Position numbers and translations under genes: made by a program. Below, one piece after another: positions 37,635 through 48,402 of a stretch of DNA of 64,000 nucleotides. Numbering within the stretch: the stretch's first letter is position 1; the number at the start of each line of letters is the position of its first letter. A model generated the notes under the pieces. The model was not told the origin of the DNA and did no database searches. It saw only the letters and a list, made by a program, of their open reading frames with translations. The stretch is from an uncultured cyanobacterium (lineage in GTDB: Bacteria; Cyanobacteriota; Cyanobacteriia; Cyanobacteriales; Cyanobacteriaceae): contig CAVVOP010000022.1 in assembly GCA_963749915.1 (NCBI GenBank), positions 32,001 to 96,000 of the forward strand, given 5' to 3'.

Positions 37635-40370
37635 ATGGACTTAATTTTATGCCATCAAACTGCCGATTTCGATGCCTTAGGGGCGGCGGTAGGTTTAACA
37701 AAATTACATCAAGGGGCAAAAATTGTCTTAACCGGAGGCGCTCATCCTTCTGTGAGACGTTTCCTTGCTTTACATCGAGATGAGTTAGCTTTAATCGAAT
37801 TTCGTAGTGTTAATCCCCAAAAAATTAGACGTTTATTTATTGTTGATACTCAGCATAGCGATCGCCTCGGAAAAGCAGCACAATGGTTGCAGTTAAAGAA
37901 TTTAGAATCCATTACTATTTACGATCACCACATTGAAAACGAATCTATTAGCACGGCTACTTTTAAATATATTGAACAAGTGGGGGCTTGTTCCACAATT
38001 ATTTGTGAACTTTTGCAACAAAACTCTATCACCCTCAATAATGTAGAGGCCACCGTTATCGCTTTAGGGATTCATGTCGATACGGGTTCATTGACCTTTG
38101 AACAAACTACCCCTAGAGATGCTTCAGCGTTGGCATGGTTAATGGGTCAGGGGATCAACATTCGTAGTCTGGGGGAGTATGTTGATCCGAGTTTATCACC
38201 CCAGTTGCAGCAGTTATTACCGCGAGTGTTGAAGAATTTACGAACAGAAACGATCAACGGTAGTTGTGTTGGCTGGGTATTGTTAGAGACTCCTCATTTT
38301 GTCGCTGGATTATCGAATTTAACCGAGAGAATTAGAAACTTAATCGAAATTGATGTCTTGTTATTCGGGCATTATTACGAGAAGGCAGAAAAACAGGAAA
38401 ACAGACGGACAGACCGGAAAAAGGGAAAATTGACGATAATTGGACGCAGTAGATTAGAATCGGTCAATTTAGCTTCTATTTTTGGGGATTTTGGTGGTGG
38501 TGGTCATAGTAGTGCCGCTTCTTTTTGTTTGCGGTGTGATAATCCTCAACATGTTATGGATGATCTGTGCAATCGTATTCAAAGTTTAATCCCTCCCCCT
38601 CTCACGGCAACAGATTTAATGTCATCTCCCGTGAGGACAATTCGCCCTTATACCACCATAGAAGAGGCTCAACGGATTTTACTGCGTTATGGCCATTCAG
38701 GTTTATTTGTGGTAAATCGAGAAGGGGAGTTACGAGGAGTTATTTCTCGCCGTGATATTGATTTGGCTTTACATCACGGTTTTTCCCATGCACCTGTTAA
38801 GGGTTATATGACGAAAAATGTGCAGGTTATTCACCCTGATACTTCTTTAGGGGATATCGAGGCTTTGATGGTAAATAATGATATTGGTAGATTACCTGTC
38901 ATTGCCAACAATGAGTTATTGGGCATCGTCACTCGCACGGATGTTTTAAGGTATCTTCATCAAACGAGATTAAATATTAATAATTCTCCCGAAGAAGAAA
39001 ATTTGCCTTTATTGTCTTGTCTTTCTCCGTCTTTGGCAAAACATTTACATCCCCCCATCTGGAAGTTATTGCAACAGGCGGCGACTTATGCCCAAAGTCG
39101 GGGGTGGCATCTTTATCTGGTGGGAGGTGGTGTTAGAGATTTATTGTTAACGGAAGAATCCGAGACTCTCTCGTTACAAGATATTGATTTAGTAGTGGAT
39201 GGTTCTCATCCCACAGCAATTGCCGAGGCAGGGGTAAAATTGGCTGAGGCATTACAAAATTTTTATCCTCAAGTGCGTCTAAGTGTTCATGGAGAGTTTC
39301 AGACTGCCGCATTGTTATGGCATAAAGATGAGAATTTAGATTCTTTATGGTTAGATATTGCCACTGCGCGCACGGAATTTTATCCTTATCCGGCAGCGAA
39401 TCCTGAAGTGGAATCGAGTTCAATTCGTCAAGATTTATACCGTCGAGACTTTACCATTAACGCTTTGGCGATACGTCTTACTAACCCCCATAGCGGTGAG
39501 TTACTGGATTTTTTCGGTGGTTTACAGGATTTGCGATCGCATTATATTAGGGTGTTACACCCTAATAGCTTTATAGAAGATCCCACCAGAATTTATCGGG
39601 CGGTGAGATTTGCTGTGAGGTTGAATTTCACCATCGAGGCCGAAACAAGAGAATATATTAACTATGCCATCTCCTGCGGAGTTTACGAAAAAGTATCCCT
39701 CGAAAAAACTTCTATTCCCGCCTTAACTACCCGTCTCAAAGCAGAATTAACTTACATTCTCCAAGCAGAATATTGGAAACCTGCCTTAAAATTATTGGAT
39801 GAAGTCGGTGCATTAAGCTGTTTACACCGTCATTGTTGTTTAACCCCTCAATTATGGTGGCAAATTCGTTGTCTCGATCGTTGGTTAAAATTCTATAATT
39901 CAGATCAACAAAATCCTCTAGTATCTTCTTGGTTACTAAGACTAGAAATTATATTGGCATCCTTTGAGGAAGGAGTGAAAGTTGCTGAAAATCTGCAATT
40001 ACCTAAAGATAGTATTGAAAGATTAAAATATCTCCCCATTAATGATGAAGAAATCAAAAAAACTTTACCCTATTGTCAAAACATAAGTGAAAAGGTAGAA
40101 TTTTTGGCAACCTATCAACCTATTACTCTTTTACTCATCGCTGTCAAAAATAATAAACAGATCAGAGGTATTATCTGGAATTATTTAATGCACTGGAGTA
40201 AGATAAAATCACCCTTGAATGGCAAAGATTTGCAGGAGTTGGGTTATAAACCCGGAAGACAATACAAAGAAATGTTAACAAAAGTACAGGCTTTGTTTTT
40301 AGATGGCAATATTAGCAATGGAAAAGATGCAAAAGACTTTATTCGGAAAAACTATCCTCTTGGTAATTAA
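37635..40370 (+). CDS. DHH-CBS-tRNA nucleotidyltransferase (A-adding enzyme type)
   Basis: ADFDA, DHH and GGGH motifs, a CBS pair, then VGGGVRD, DIDLVVD, DLYRRDFTIN and EDPTRIYRA. Confidence 0.88.
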   Translation: MDLILCHQTADFDALGAAVGLTKLHQGAKIVLTGGAHPSVRRFLALHRDELALIEFRSVNPQKIRRLFIVDTQHSDRLGKAAQWLQLKNLESITIYDHHIENESISTATFKYIEQVGACSTIICELLQQNSITLNNVEATVIALGIHVDTGSLTFEQTTPRDASALAWLMGQGINIRSLGEYVDPSLSPQLQQLLPRVLKNLRTETINGSCVGWVLLETPHFVAGLSNLTERIRNLIEIDVLLFGHYYEKAEKQENRRTDRKKGKLTIIGRSRLESVNLASIFGDFGGGGHSSAASFCLRCDNPQHVMDDLCNRIQSLIPPPLTATDLMSSPVRTIRPYTTIEEAQRILLRYGHSGLFVVNREGELRGVISRRDIDLALHHGFSHAPVKGYMTKNVQVIHPDTSLGDIEALMVNNDIGRLPVIANNELLGIVTRTDVLRYLHQTRLNINNSPEEENLPLLSCLSPSLAKHLHPPIWKLLQQAATYAQSRGWHLYLVGGGVRDLLLTEESETLSLQDIDLVVDGSHPTAIAEAGVKLAEALQNFYPQVRLSVHGEFQTAALLWHKDENLDSLWLDIATARTEFYPYPAANPEVESSSIRQDLYRRDFTINALAIRLTNPHSGELLDFFGGLQDLRSHYIRVLHPNSFIEDPTRIYRAVRFAVRLNFTIEAETREYINYAISCGVYEKVSLEKTSIPALTTRLKAELTYILQAEYWKPALKLLDEVGALSCLHRHCCLTPQLWWQIRCLDRWLKFYNSDQQNPLVSSWLLRLEIILASFEEGVKVAENLQLPKDSIERLKYLPINDEEIKKTLPYCQNISEKVEFLATYQPITLLLIAVKNNKQIRGIIWNYLMHWSKIKSPLNGKDLQELGYKPGRQYKEMLTKVQALFLDGNISNGKDAKDFIRKNYPLGN

Positions 40371-40468
40371 AAACTGAGGGTCAACAGCATAATAATGTAG
40401 AATTAAACTGTTTCTTAATTGTTAATTCTTAATTGATTGTCTCCAAAGGAATTATAAAATTTTATAAC

Positions 40469-41662
40469 ATGACTGCAATTACTTCTCATCAAAAAGCTAA
40501 AGCCCTAAAACCCGGTAGTCGTCGCCCTGCAAAAGATTTATGTAGTGAATGTGGCTTGTGCGATACCTATTATATCCATTATGTGAAAGAAGCCTGTGCT
40601 TTTATTAATCAACAAATCGCTGAATTAGAGGCCGATGCTCATGGACGTAGTCGTGACTTAAACAATGAGTATGACGTTTATTTTGGGGTGCATCAAGAGA
40701 TGATGTCCGCGAAAAAAAAACAACCCATTCAGGGTGCACAATGGACAGGAATTGTTAGTACCATTGCTTGTGAAATGTTAACTCAGGGGCTAGTAGAAGG
40801 AGTTGTCTGCGTTCAAAGTAGCGAAAATGATCGTTTTCAACCTAAACCAATTATTGCCACCACTACAGCGGAAATTTTACGGGCAAGGGTAAATAAACCT
40901 ACGTTATCTCCTAATTTATCGGTTTTAGAGCAAATCGAACAATCAGGCATGAAACGTTTATTAGTTATCGGGGTTGGCTGTCAGATTCAGGCATTACGAG
41001 CGGTTGAGCAAAAATTAGGTTTAGAAAAACTTTACATTTTAGGGACTCCTTGCGTGGATAATGTCACTCGTGCGGGGTTACAAAAATTTTTAGAAACCAC
41101 CAGTAAATCCCCTGATACTGTTATCGCCTATGAATTTATGCAGGATTTTCGAGTACATTTTAAACATGAAGATGGCAGCGTCGAAAAAGTCCCTTTCTTC
41201 GGCTTAAAAACTAATCAGTTAAAGGATGTGTTTGCCCCTTCTTGCATGACTTGTTTTGATTATGTCAACTCCCTAGCGGATTTAGTTGTGGGTTATATGG
41301 GTGCACCTTTCGGTTGGCAGTGGATTGTAGTGCGCAATGAAACAGGCAAAGAGATGTTAAATTTAGTGAATGATCAACTTGATACTCAACCTGTAATATC
41401 AAAAGGCGATCGTAAACAGGCAGTACAAAACAGTATTCCTGCTTATGATAAGGGGGTCACGTTGCCCATGTGGGCGGCACAATTAATGGGGGTAGTAATA
41501 GAAAAAATTGGGCCTCAAGGGTTAGAATATGCCCGTTTTTCCATCGATTCTCACTTTACCCGCAATTATCTTTATGTTAAGCGTAATTACCCCAAAAAAC
41601 TAGCGGATCATGTACCTGATTATGCGAAAAAAATAGTATCTCAATATAAATTACCTGAATAA
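40469..41662 (+). CDS. bciB: Ferredoxin-dependent divinyl chlorophyllide 8-vinyl reductase (FrhB-like)
   Basis: RPAKDLCSECGLCDT, GAQWTG, GVGCQ, GTPCVDN, SCMTCFDY. Confidence 0.88.
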   Translation: MTAITSHQKAKALKPGSRRPAKDLCSECGLCDTYYIHYVKEACAFINQQIAELEADAHGRSRDLNNEYDVYFGVHQEMMSAKKKQPIQGAQWTGIVSTIACEMLTQGLVEGVVCVQSSENDRFQPKPIIATTTAEILRARVNKPTLSPNLSVLEQIEQSGMKRLLVIGVGCQIQALRAVEQKLGLEKLYILGTPCVDNVTRAGLQKFLETTSKSPDTVIAYEFMQDFRVHFKHEDGSVEKVPFFGLKTNQLKDVFAPSCMTCFDYVNSLADLVVGYMGAPFGWQWIVVRNETGKEMLNLVNDQLDTQPVISKGDRKQAVQNSIPAYDKGVTLPMWAAQLMGVVIEKIGPQGLEYARFSIDSHFTRNYLYVKRNYPKKLADHVPDYAKKIVSQYKLPE

Positions 41663-41686
41663 TTTACTTTTACCTTTCTTTTTTGC

Positions 41687-42985
41687 CTACTTCTCCACAG
41701 CGATGGTTAAAACTTCGTTACCAGATTCGGTGACTAAGACATCATCCTCAATTCTTACCCCAATTCCTTTCCAATAATCAGGGATTTCTGGTTGTCCTTC
41801 TACTGGCTTAATATAAGGTGAAATGTAAATTCCGGGTTCGACAGTTACTACATTACCGGCTTGAAAAGTAAGCCAATTTTCGCTATCTTGTTTATAAGCG
41901 CCCGCATCATGAACATCTAAACCTAACCAATGACCTGTACGGTGCATATAAAAAGGTTCATATTTTTTACCCTCGATAATCTCTTTGCTGTCACCTTTTA
42001 ACAATTTTAGTTCTTTTAACCCTTCCACCAACACCTCCACGGCTTTATCATGGAATTGATTATAAGTGTTGCCGGGTTTTACTTGGTCAATGGCTTGTAA
42101 TTGTGCTGATAACACTAATTGATAGATGTCTTTTTGTGGAGGGGTAAATTCACCATCTACAGGAAAAGTGCGGGTAATATCGCCATTATAGTAACCATAA
42201 CAACAACCTGCGTCAATTAATAATAAATCTCCTGCTTCCATTTTGCGATTATTGTCGATATAGTGCAAGATACAAGCATTTTCTCCCGATGCCACGATGG
42301 AGGGATAAGCCATACCATCACCTCCTAAAAGTCTAAAGGTATGTTCTATCTCGGCTTGTACTTCATATTCATAACGTCCGGGTTGCACAAAATCTCTTGC
42401 CCGTTGATGAGCCTTGACAGAGATTTCAGCGGCCTTTCTTAACATGGCGATTTCCCTTTCACTTTTAACTAATCTGAGGGGATGTAAAACAAAATTAGAA
42501 TCTTCTAAGGCTACTGGACCACTACCTCTTTTCGGATAACTGGCAATGAGTTTCTGCCAATGACTGATGATTTTTTCGTTAAAGTATAAATCCCTACCCA
42601 AATGATAGTAAATGCGATCGCCTGTCACCAAATATTCTGGTAATTTTTCGTCCAATTCATTGATAGCATAGACAATATCAGCACCATGAGCCTCTTTTGC
42701 CCCTTCTACCCCCACACGATAACCTGTCCAAATTTCTTGAGCTAAATCTTTCGGTTGTACAAAAAGTATAAATTGATGTTCTTTATGATTGGGGGCGAAA
42801 ACTGCTACAGCTTCTGATTCATTAAACCCCGTTAAATAATAAAAATCGCTATCCTGACGATAAACATATTCAACATCATTGTGCATTACTGCTTGAGGTG
42901 CACTGCGAAAAATAGCGACACCCTTACCGATAGCACCCATAAATTTTTGCCGACGTTGTTGATATTCAGTGGAAGGAATCATCAT
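41687..42985 (-). CDS. pepP: Xaa-Pro aminopeptidase
   Basis: RQDSDFYYLTG, LIDAG, DITRT, GHWLGLDVHD, TVEPG, GVRIEDD. Confidence 0.95.
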   Translation of the reverse strand: MMIPSTEYQQRRQKFMGAIGKGVAIFRSAPQAVMHNDVEYVYRQDSDFYYLTGFNESEAVAVFAPNHKEHQFILFVQPKDLAQEIWTGYRVGVEGAKEAHGADIVYAINELDEKLPEYLVTGDRIYYHLGRDLYFNEKIISHWQKLIASYPKRGSGPVALEDSNFVLHPLRLVKSEREIAMLRKAAEISVKAHQRARDFVQPGRYEYEVQAEIEHTFRLLGGDGMAYPSIVASGENACILHYIDNNRKMEAGDLLLIDAGCCYGYYNGDITRTFPVDGEFTPPQKDIYQLVLSAQLQAIDQVKPGNTYNQFHDKAVEVLVEGLKELKLLKGDSKEIIEGKKYEPFYMHRTGHWLGLDVHDAGAYKQDSENWLTFQAGNVVTVEPGIYISPYIKPVEGQPEIPDYWKGIGVRIEDDVLVTESGNEVLTIAVEK

Positions 42986-43096
42986 ATCGCTAGGTAAAGA
43001 AATATTAACTAATATTAAATTTTAACTCACCCTGTCAAAAAAACTAGCTTCCTAGTGCTGGAGATTTAGGGAGATAATCATTGAAATCAATAGGAG

Positions 43097-43660
43097 CTAA
43101 AAAACTTTCTTGGTAATGTTGATTTGCATCCCAACACCTACAGGGTCAAATCCGTCAGGGAAAATGGTGGTGTTATCGTACTTAGCCCTATCTAGGTTAG
43201 CTCCCTTCAAGCTAGCTCCTTGGAAGTTTGCTCCGCATAAATAAGCTCCTCTGAGATTGGCTCTCCACAAATCGCATTGAACGAAGTTAACATTTTTGAG
43301 ATACGTTCGATGGAGATTTGCGATACAGAGTTTGGCTTGCCATAGATAGGCTTCCTTCAAATTAGCCCAGCTTAGATTAGTTTCCTCTAAGTTGGCTTGA
43401 CCCAGATCTGCTTTCCACATCTCCGCATTGCTCAAATCAGCACCTCTTAAGTTTGCTCGGCCTAAGTTCGCCTTATACAAACAAGCTCCTCCTAAATTTG
43501 CCCGATCAAGATTGACTCTTTCTAAGTTTGCTTCTTCTAAATCAGCGTCTATCAAACAAACTTCACTTAAGTCCGCCGCAAAAAGGTTTATCCTTTTAAA
43601 GTCTCTCTCTCCCGCTTGATACCTACGTAAAAGTTCCTCTATATTCATTATTACTTTCAT
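43097..43660 (-). CDS. Pentapeptide repeat protein
   Basis: ELLRRYQAGERDF, ANLxx repeats, C-terminal TIFPDGFDP. Confidence 0.9.
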   Translation of the reverse strand: MKVIMNIEELLRRYQAGERDFKRINLFAADLSEVCLIDADLEEANLERVNLDRANLGGACLYKANLGRANLRGADLSNAEMWKADLGQANLEETNLSWANLKEAYLWQAKLCIANLHRTYLKNVNFVQCDLWRANLRGAYLCGANFQGASLKGANLDRAKYDNTTIFPDGFDPVGVGMQINITKKVF

Positions 43661-43741
43661 CAGTTATTGTGAAGCTTAGTTAAAAGTTAGCTTATTAATA
43701 AAAAAATATAACGTTTCAGTTAAGAATCTTAACTGACTTTT

Positions 43742-45889
43742 TTAGGTTTTGCCTTTGACAAGATTAGAAGTTGGTCTTTCCTTGACGCAATTAGTCACTA
43801 TGCCTAAAATTTGAGTCCTAGATAATTTTAACTCATCCAATGCTTGCTCTAAGATGGAGCGTTTTAGCTTTTCTACACTGGCAACTAACAAAACTCCGTC
43901 CGTATGGGTAGCAAGTAAATAAGCATCCGCTAATCCAAGAAGTGAAGGTGCTTTGTAGATCACTAAATCAAAGGTTGTTTGTAGTTCTTTCATTAAATTT
44001 TCCATTTTCTGAGATGCTAGTATTTTGGGACCCTCTAGAGAGCTTGAGCCAGCTGTCAAAACAAAAAGGTTATCTTCTAGTGGTGATCGCTGAATGGTAC
44101 GGTTTAAGTCTAGAGCTTCTAAAGAGATAAGATCGGTCAAACCTGGGCTCTTTGCCAACTTTAGACGCTCGTGTAAACCGGGATAGCGTAAATCGGCATC
44201 GACCAATAACACACGCTGACCCAATGTTGCCGCTGCCTGAGCAAGATAGATAGCAACTGTGGATTTTCCTTCTCCAGGTCCGGCGGAACTAATCACCACT
44301 GAGTGCATTGATGATTTTCCACTCAGAAAGCGAAGGTTCGTGTAGAGGGAGCGAAAAGCTTCAAAAAAGCCAGAAACAACAGACAGATTAGGGTTGTGCC
44401 CATTGCTCGACCCTGGATGGTAATTGACCGGATCAATCGTCAAATCAGGCTCGTCCTCCTTAATAGTGGATTTTGCTAAGTCCTTTTCAAAGGGAATGAC
44501 TCCCATTACAGGCAGTTTAGCAACCTCTTTAATTTCTTTAACAGTATATAAGCGATTGCTAAACTTATCCAGTGCTATGGCTATTCCTATGCCTAAAAGC
44601 GTCCCCAGAATCGTTCCCAATACTAGGTTTTGTTTGAGACTAGCAGAACTGGGGTAGGGTTTTGCTGGAGGAGTCAACAACCGCCACGGGGATTCCGTCT
44701 GAGCGGCCTCGATTCGCAGGGCCTCTCGTTTAGCTAAAAATTCATTTAAGTTTCCATTAGAAATCTCTAACTGTTTTTGGACTTCGGTATAATCGCGAAG
44801 AATTCCCGACAGTTGTTTAATTTCTCGATTTAAGAGGTCAATGGTGTCACTCAAGATTTTATCCCGCGTTTCCAATACCTTAATCTGACTGGCGATTTCT
44901 CTGGCTACCCTTTGTCCTTCTTGGCGAACCAAGGGCAGCAAATTTTGTCGTTGATTCTTGAGAATTTCGATTTCTGGACCTTCCTCAAAAAGAAGCACTG
45001 AATCTTTAGCAATTTGAGTGTCGATTTCAAGAAGCTGACCCAATAGAGTTTGATAACGAGTATTTTCATTCAGTGCTGGAGCTGTGGCAGATTCAGGTCC
45101 CTGTTGTGTCAACTCCTGCTGCAAAGAAGCATAGAGGGCTTTAGCTTCCTGCAGTTGTATTTGAGTTTCTAGTTGCTGCTTCCCAAAAGTACCAAGGAGA
45201 GTCGATAGTTCTTTTCCCTTCATCTCGGGATCGACCAAGTTATTTTGTTGCCGAATTTTTTGTAATTGTAGTTCTCGGTCCTTAACACGGGATTGTATTT
45301 GAGGGATTTGAGCGTCAACAAATTTAATTCCCCGAAGAACACCACTCTGACGAAGGGCTTGACTATAATCTAAATAAGCTTGGGAAACTTTTTCTAAGAC
45401 AGATTCAACTAGCTCCTTGTTTGGATTTTGGTAGGTAACGGTAACTACTTGCAGGTTTTTTCCTATGGTGTTGATATCTAAGCCCTTAAACAAATCGCGA
45501 TAACTAATTTCTGGAAATTGAGGTTGAAGATCTTGGACAATGGGATTTAAAACCTCAGAACCTTTTAAAATTTTCAGCACCGCCTCGTCTTTCAAGTCCA
45601 CCACTTCTTGTGAGTTGTCAACAGTGTCAGTGTTTGTGGAAGAAATCACCTGAGTTTCGACCGTTGTAGGCTCAATTAATATTTCAAATTGACTCGTATA
45701 TACTGGGGGATCGTTTAGAGCTTTGAGGCCAGCCAAAACTGCCACCCCAGAGGCTATTCCCACAATTAAAAAAGCTCTGCGACGCAGAATTGCTAATATT
45801 TGACCGAGGTCTAATCCTCCTTCATCATCTTCGCTGAAATGCCCAACATTAGTTGACACTCGTGGTTCATAATTTTGTTCAGCTTTCAT
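43742..45889 (-). CDS. wzc: Wzc/GumC-like polysaccharide copolymerase with a BY-kinase-like domain
   Basis: Two TM helices flanking a coiled coil, EAFRSLYTNL, Walker A GPGEGKST, VDADLR. Confidence 0.85.
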   Translation of the reverse strand: MKAEQNYEPRVSTNVGHFSEDDEGGLDLGQILAILRRRAFLIVGIASGVAVLAGLKALNDPPVYTSQFEILIEPTTVETQVISSTNTDTVDNSQEVVDLKDEAVLKILKGSEVLNPIVQDLQPQFPEISYRDLFKGLDINTIGKNLQVVTVTYQNPNKELVESVLEKVSQAYLDYSQALRQSGVLRGIKFVDAQIPQIQSRVKDRELQLQKIRQQNNLVDPEMKGKELSTLLGTFGKQQLETQIQLQEAKALYASLQQELTQQGPESATAPALNENTRYQTLLGQLLEIDTQIAKDSVLLFEEGPEIEILKNQRQNLLPLVRQEGQRVAREIASQIKVLETRDKILSDTIDLLNREIKQLSGILRDYTEVQKQLEISNGNLNEFLAKREALRIEAAQTESPWRLLTPPAKPYPSSASLKQNLVLGTILGTLLGIGIAIALDKFSNRLYTVKEIKEVAKLPVMGVIPFEKDLAKSTIKEDEPDLTIDPVNYHPGSSNGHNPNLSVVSGFFEAFRSLYTNLRFLSGKSSMHSVVISSAGPGEGKSTVAIYLAQAAATLGQRVLLVDADLRYPGLHERLKLAKSPGLTDLISLEALDLNRTIQRSPLEDNLFVLTAGSSSLEGPKILASQKMENLMKELQTTFDLVIYKAPSLLGLADAYLLATHTDGVLLVASVEKLKRSILEQALDELKLSRTQILGIVTNCVKERPTSNLVKGKT

Positions 45890-45904
45890 CTTATAACTTA
45901 GGAT

Positions 45905-47710
45905 CTATCTATTAAAGAGATTAAATAAATTAAATGGTAGGCTAAATATTGTAACAAGCTTGCCTAATGGATTTAAGCCTTGACCTAGGGTGTCACCAAT
46001 GCCTGCTAAAGCAGAGCGACCTACAATAATCACATCATCGTTGTGAAGAGGCGGGTTTGTCTCCTCGTTGTTCCCTTGGGCTAAATCAACGGAAATTGTC
46101 CTGCTAGTAACAGTACCATTCGGGTTTAGGCGAATCAGCTCCACCGAACCCTTATTAGCTCGGTTGTTAAATCCGCCAGCTGCAAACACTGCCTGGTTTA
46201 AGAGTGTATTAGGGGGAATTTTAACCACTCCTGGGTTGGTAATTTCTCCCACTATATTAACGTCTATGGTATCGGGGGAAAAGCTAGCGGTGGCAATTTT
46301 GGCGGCTTCTTCTGGTGCTATTTCTGAGGCAGTGGGAACTATAATCGTATCATCTTCTTGCAAAACCAGATCTTGACTTGAATCCCCTTCTCGCAGAAGT
46401 TTCCCAAGATCAACTTCAATGGTGCGTTCTTTCCCACTGCTAGTAAGGCGGCGAATTTGAATTTGACGAATATTAGCACGGGGTGTGATGCCACCAGCAA
46501 CTTGAATCGCCCGCGTCACGGTAGCAACGCTTCCAGAGCCTGCGGTTCCTCCAGGTACTCCCGCTTCACCGGTTCTGGCACTACCAGTCACGGTATAAGG
46601 GCCGGGACGAAAAACTTCGCCGACAGTAGTAATATTAAGAGGTTCAGTGCTATCAGAGGCAAAACTAGCGGAGCTTAGTTGGGAAGATTCTGCTAAGTCA
46701 AGGTTCTCAACGGTGGGAACAGTTACGGTATCACCATTTTGTAGGAGTAAATCTTGTTCGAGATCCCCTTCTTGCAATAACTTCCACAAATCTATTTCTA
46801 TGGTTTGTTCTGAGCCTGTTTTTTCGACTCGATTAACCTGAATTTTACGAATATCAGCTAAGGGTTTGATCCCCCCGGCGATTTCGATTGCCTGAGTCAC
46901 CGTCTGAATCCCCTCCGAAAGGATGTGTGTCCCTGGTTCACCCACTTCTCCTAAAATAGCGACATTAATTGGCTGGTTTTTATCAGCGGAAAAGCTGGCA
47001 GAGGCTATTTGAGACGATTCTAGTAGATTAACCCGATTTGCCGTTGGCACAAAAATGGTATCTCCATCCCGGAGAATAACATCATTGGCTAGATTCCCTG
47101 TCTGGATTAATTCCCAAAGATTAACATCAATGGTTTGCTTGTTACCTGATAGTTGAGGGCGCTCGATCCTGACACGACGTAAGTCCGAGGTTTGAGTAAT
47201 TCCACCAGCTAACTTCAATGCTTGGGTTATAGAAGGAAACTGCGATTGCTCCATGGGAACGATATATGAACCGGGACGGTTGACTTCCCCGGCGATGCCA
47301 ATTCTCAATGGTCGCGGCGTTAACAAACTAACTGTCACTTGAGGTTGTTTGAGAATTCTAGCTTTCGTATAATGATTGGCAATAGCCATCGCTGCCTGTT
47401 CGATGGTCATCCCCCCAACGGAAACGCTCCCCGCTAGAGGCAAGTTAAGGGTGCCATTAATGAGAACCTCATACTCGCCACCATATTGAGGTAACTTAAG
47501 AATTTCGATCCGAATGCGATCACCCGCCCCTAAAGTATATGCAGTTTCAGGATATCTCCCATTCTGAACTGATGATACTAACTTCTTTGCCTCCCTAGGG
47601 GGGGTCGTGGCCTCAACTATTTGCGGACAAGTCGTTAGGATAGAAGATAATAGGGTGAAACCCATAAAGGGATATATGATGTGTCTGAGTAGAGGATCAG
47701 GATGAGCCAT
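45905..47710 (-). CDS. wza: Wza-like polysaccharide export protein with multiple SLBB domains
   Basis: YTLGAGDRI...GTLNLPLAG poly-export domain; repeated GEVxxPG / AGG / LxxGDTIxVP units. Confidence 0.87.
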   Translation of the reverse strand: MAHPDPLLRHIIYPFMGFTLLSSILTTCPQIVEATTPPREAKKLVSSVQNGRYPETAYTLGAGDRIRIEILKLPQYGGEYEVLINGTLNLPLAGSVSVGGMTIEQAAMAIANHYTKARILKQPQVTVSLLTPRPLRIGIAGEVNRPGSYIVPMEQSQFPSITQALKLAGGITQTSDLRRVRIERPQLSGNKQTIDVNLWELIQTGNLANDVILRDGDTIFVPTANRVNLLESSQIASASFSADKNQPINVAILGEVGEPGTHILSEGIQTVTQAIEIAGGIKPLADIRKIQVNRVEKTGSEQTIEIDLWKLLQEGDLEQDLLLQNGDTVTVPTVENLDLAESSQLSSASFASDSTEPLNITTVGEVFRPGPYTVTGSARTGEAGVPGGTAGSGSVATVTRAIQVAGGITPRANIRQIQIRRLTSSGKERTIEVDLGKLLREGDSSQDLVLQEDDTIIVPTASEIAPEEAAKIATASFSPDTIDVNIVGEITNPGVVKIPPNTLLNQAVFAAGGFNNRANKGSVELIRLNPNGTVTSRTISVDLAQGNNEETNPPLHNDDVIIVGRSALAGIGDTLGQGLNPLGKLVTIFSLPFNLFNLFNR

Positions 47711-47756
47711 AAACTTTGAATCTATTAATTAACTAGTGGGATTTGAGCCAATTTTC

Positions 47757-48023
47757 GGTTCTGTTGCAAAAAGTTGTGTAAGGACAAAATAATTATATAC
47801 TTATCTAATTTTTTTTAGCCTAACATCATCTTCTCCAAATTGCCACAGCTCAAAAGGTATCGAAGATACCAACGGACAACGTTGTCTAAGGTGATCGTAC
47901 TTCAGAAGTGTTGCCATTGGAAAGGTTTTTGAGGATTCATCAGGGAAATTCAGACTATGAGCATTAATTATTGCTTAATAATAGCACACTACATAACGAA
48001 TTAGATTTTTTGGTGACAGAATC
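47757..48023 (-). mobile_element. Internally deleted IS6-family remnant
   Basis: End GGTTCTGTTGCAAA (IS257/IS431-type TIR) at 47757 and a degenerate partner GATTCTGTCACCAAA on the minus strand ending at 48023. Encloses a transposase N-terminal fragment. Confidence 0.8.
47815..47940 (-). pseudogene. IS6-family transposase N-terminal fragment
   Basis: MNPQKPFQWQHF*STITLDNVVRWYLRYLLSCGNLEKMMLG*, which matches the IS6 signature FxxxHF...VRWYLRYxLSxRxLEEMMxERG. Confidence 0.8.
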
Positions 48024-48152
48024 GTAATCTCCAGACTGTAAATTCAGAACATATACACAAAAAGGGAGTGAACCGAAGAGAAATACGGATTTTATGGTCA
48101 CGGGGGGAAATTTAATCGTATAATAGTAGGTCTTGTCAATTTAGATAAAACT

Positions 48153-48356
48153 ATGCCTAAATTAAAAACTAAAAAATCTGCGGCTAAACGTTTTCGTATT
48201 ACCGGAAGTGGTAAAAAAATTCTCCGCCGTAAAGCCAATAAAAATCACTTATTAGAGCATAAAAGTGCAGAACAAAAACGTCGTCGTTTAAGCAATCTTG
48301 CTTTGGTGGACGAAAGTAACGAGAAGGAAGTTCGTTTAATGTTGCCTTACGCCTAA
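48153..48356 (+). CDS. rpmI: 50S ribosomal protein L35
   Basis: [14 protein letters not shown]...HLLEHK...MLPY. Confidence 0.98.
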   Translation: MPKLKTKKSAAKRFRITGSGKKILRRKANKNHLLEHKSAEQKRRRLSNLALVDESNEKEVRLMLPYA

Positions 48357-48402
48357 AAAATAATTCTAAATCCCCTTAAATATTTAATAATTGTAAAGAA
48401 AA

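Noticed and set aside
43097..48100. Absence of HIP1 sites as evidence of foreign origin
   Set aside because: By eye, an HIP1-free gap at least as long also occurs in core genes (~26.6-36.3 kb), so the absence is uninformative.
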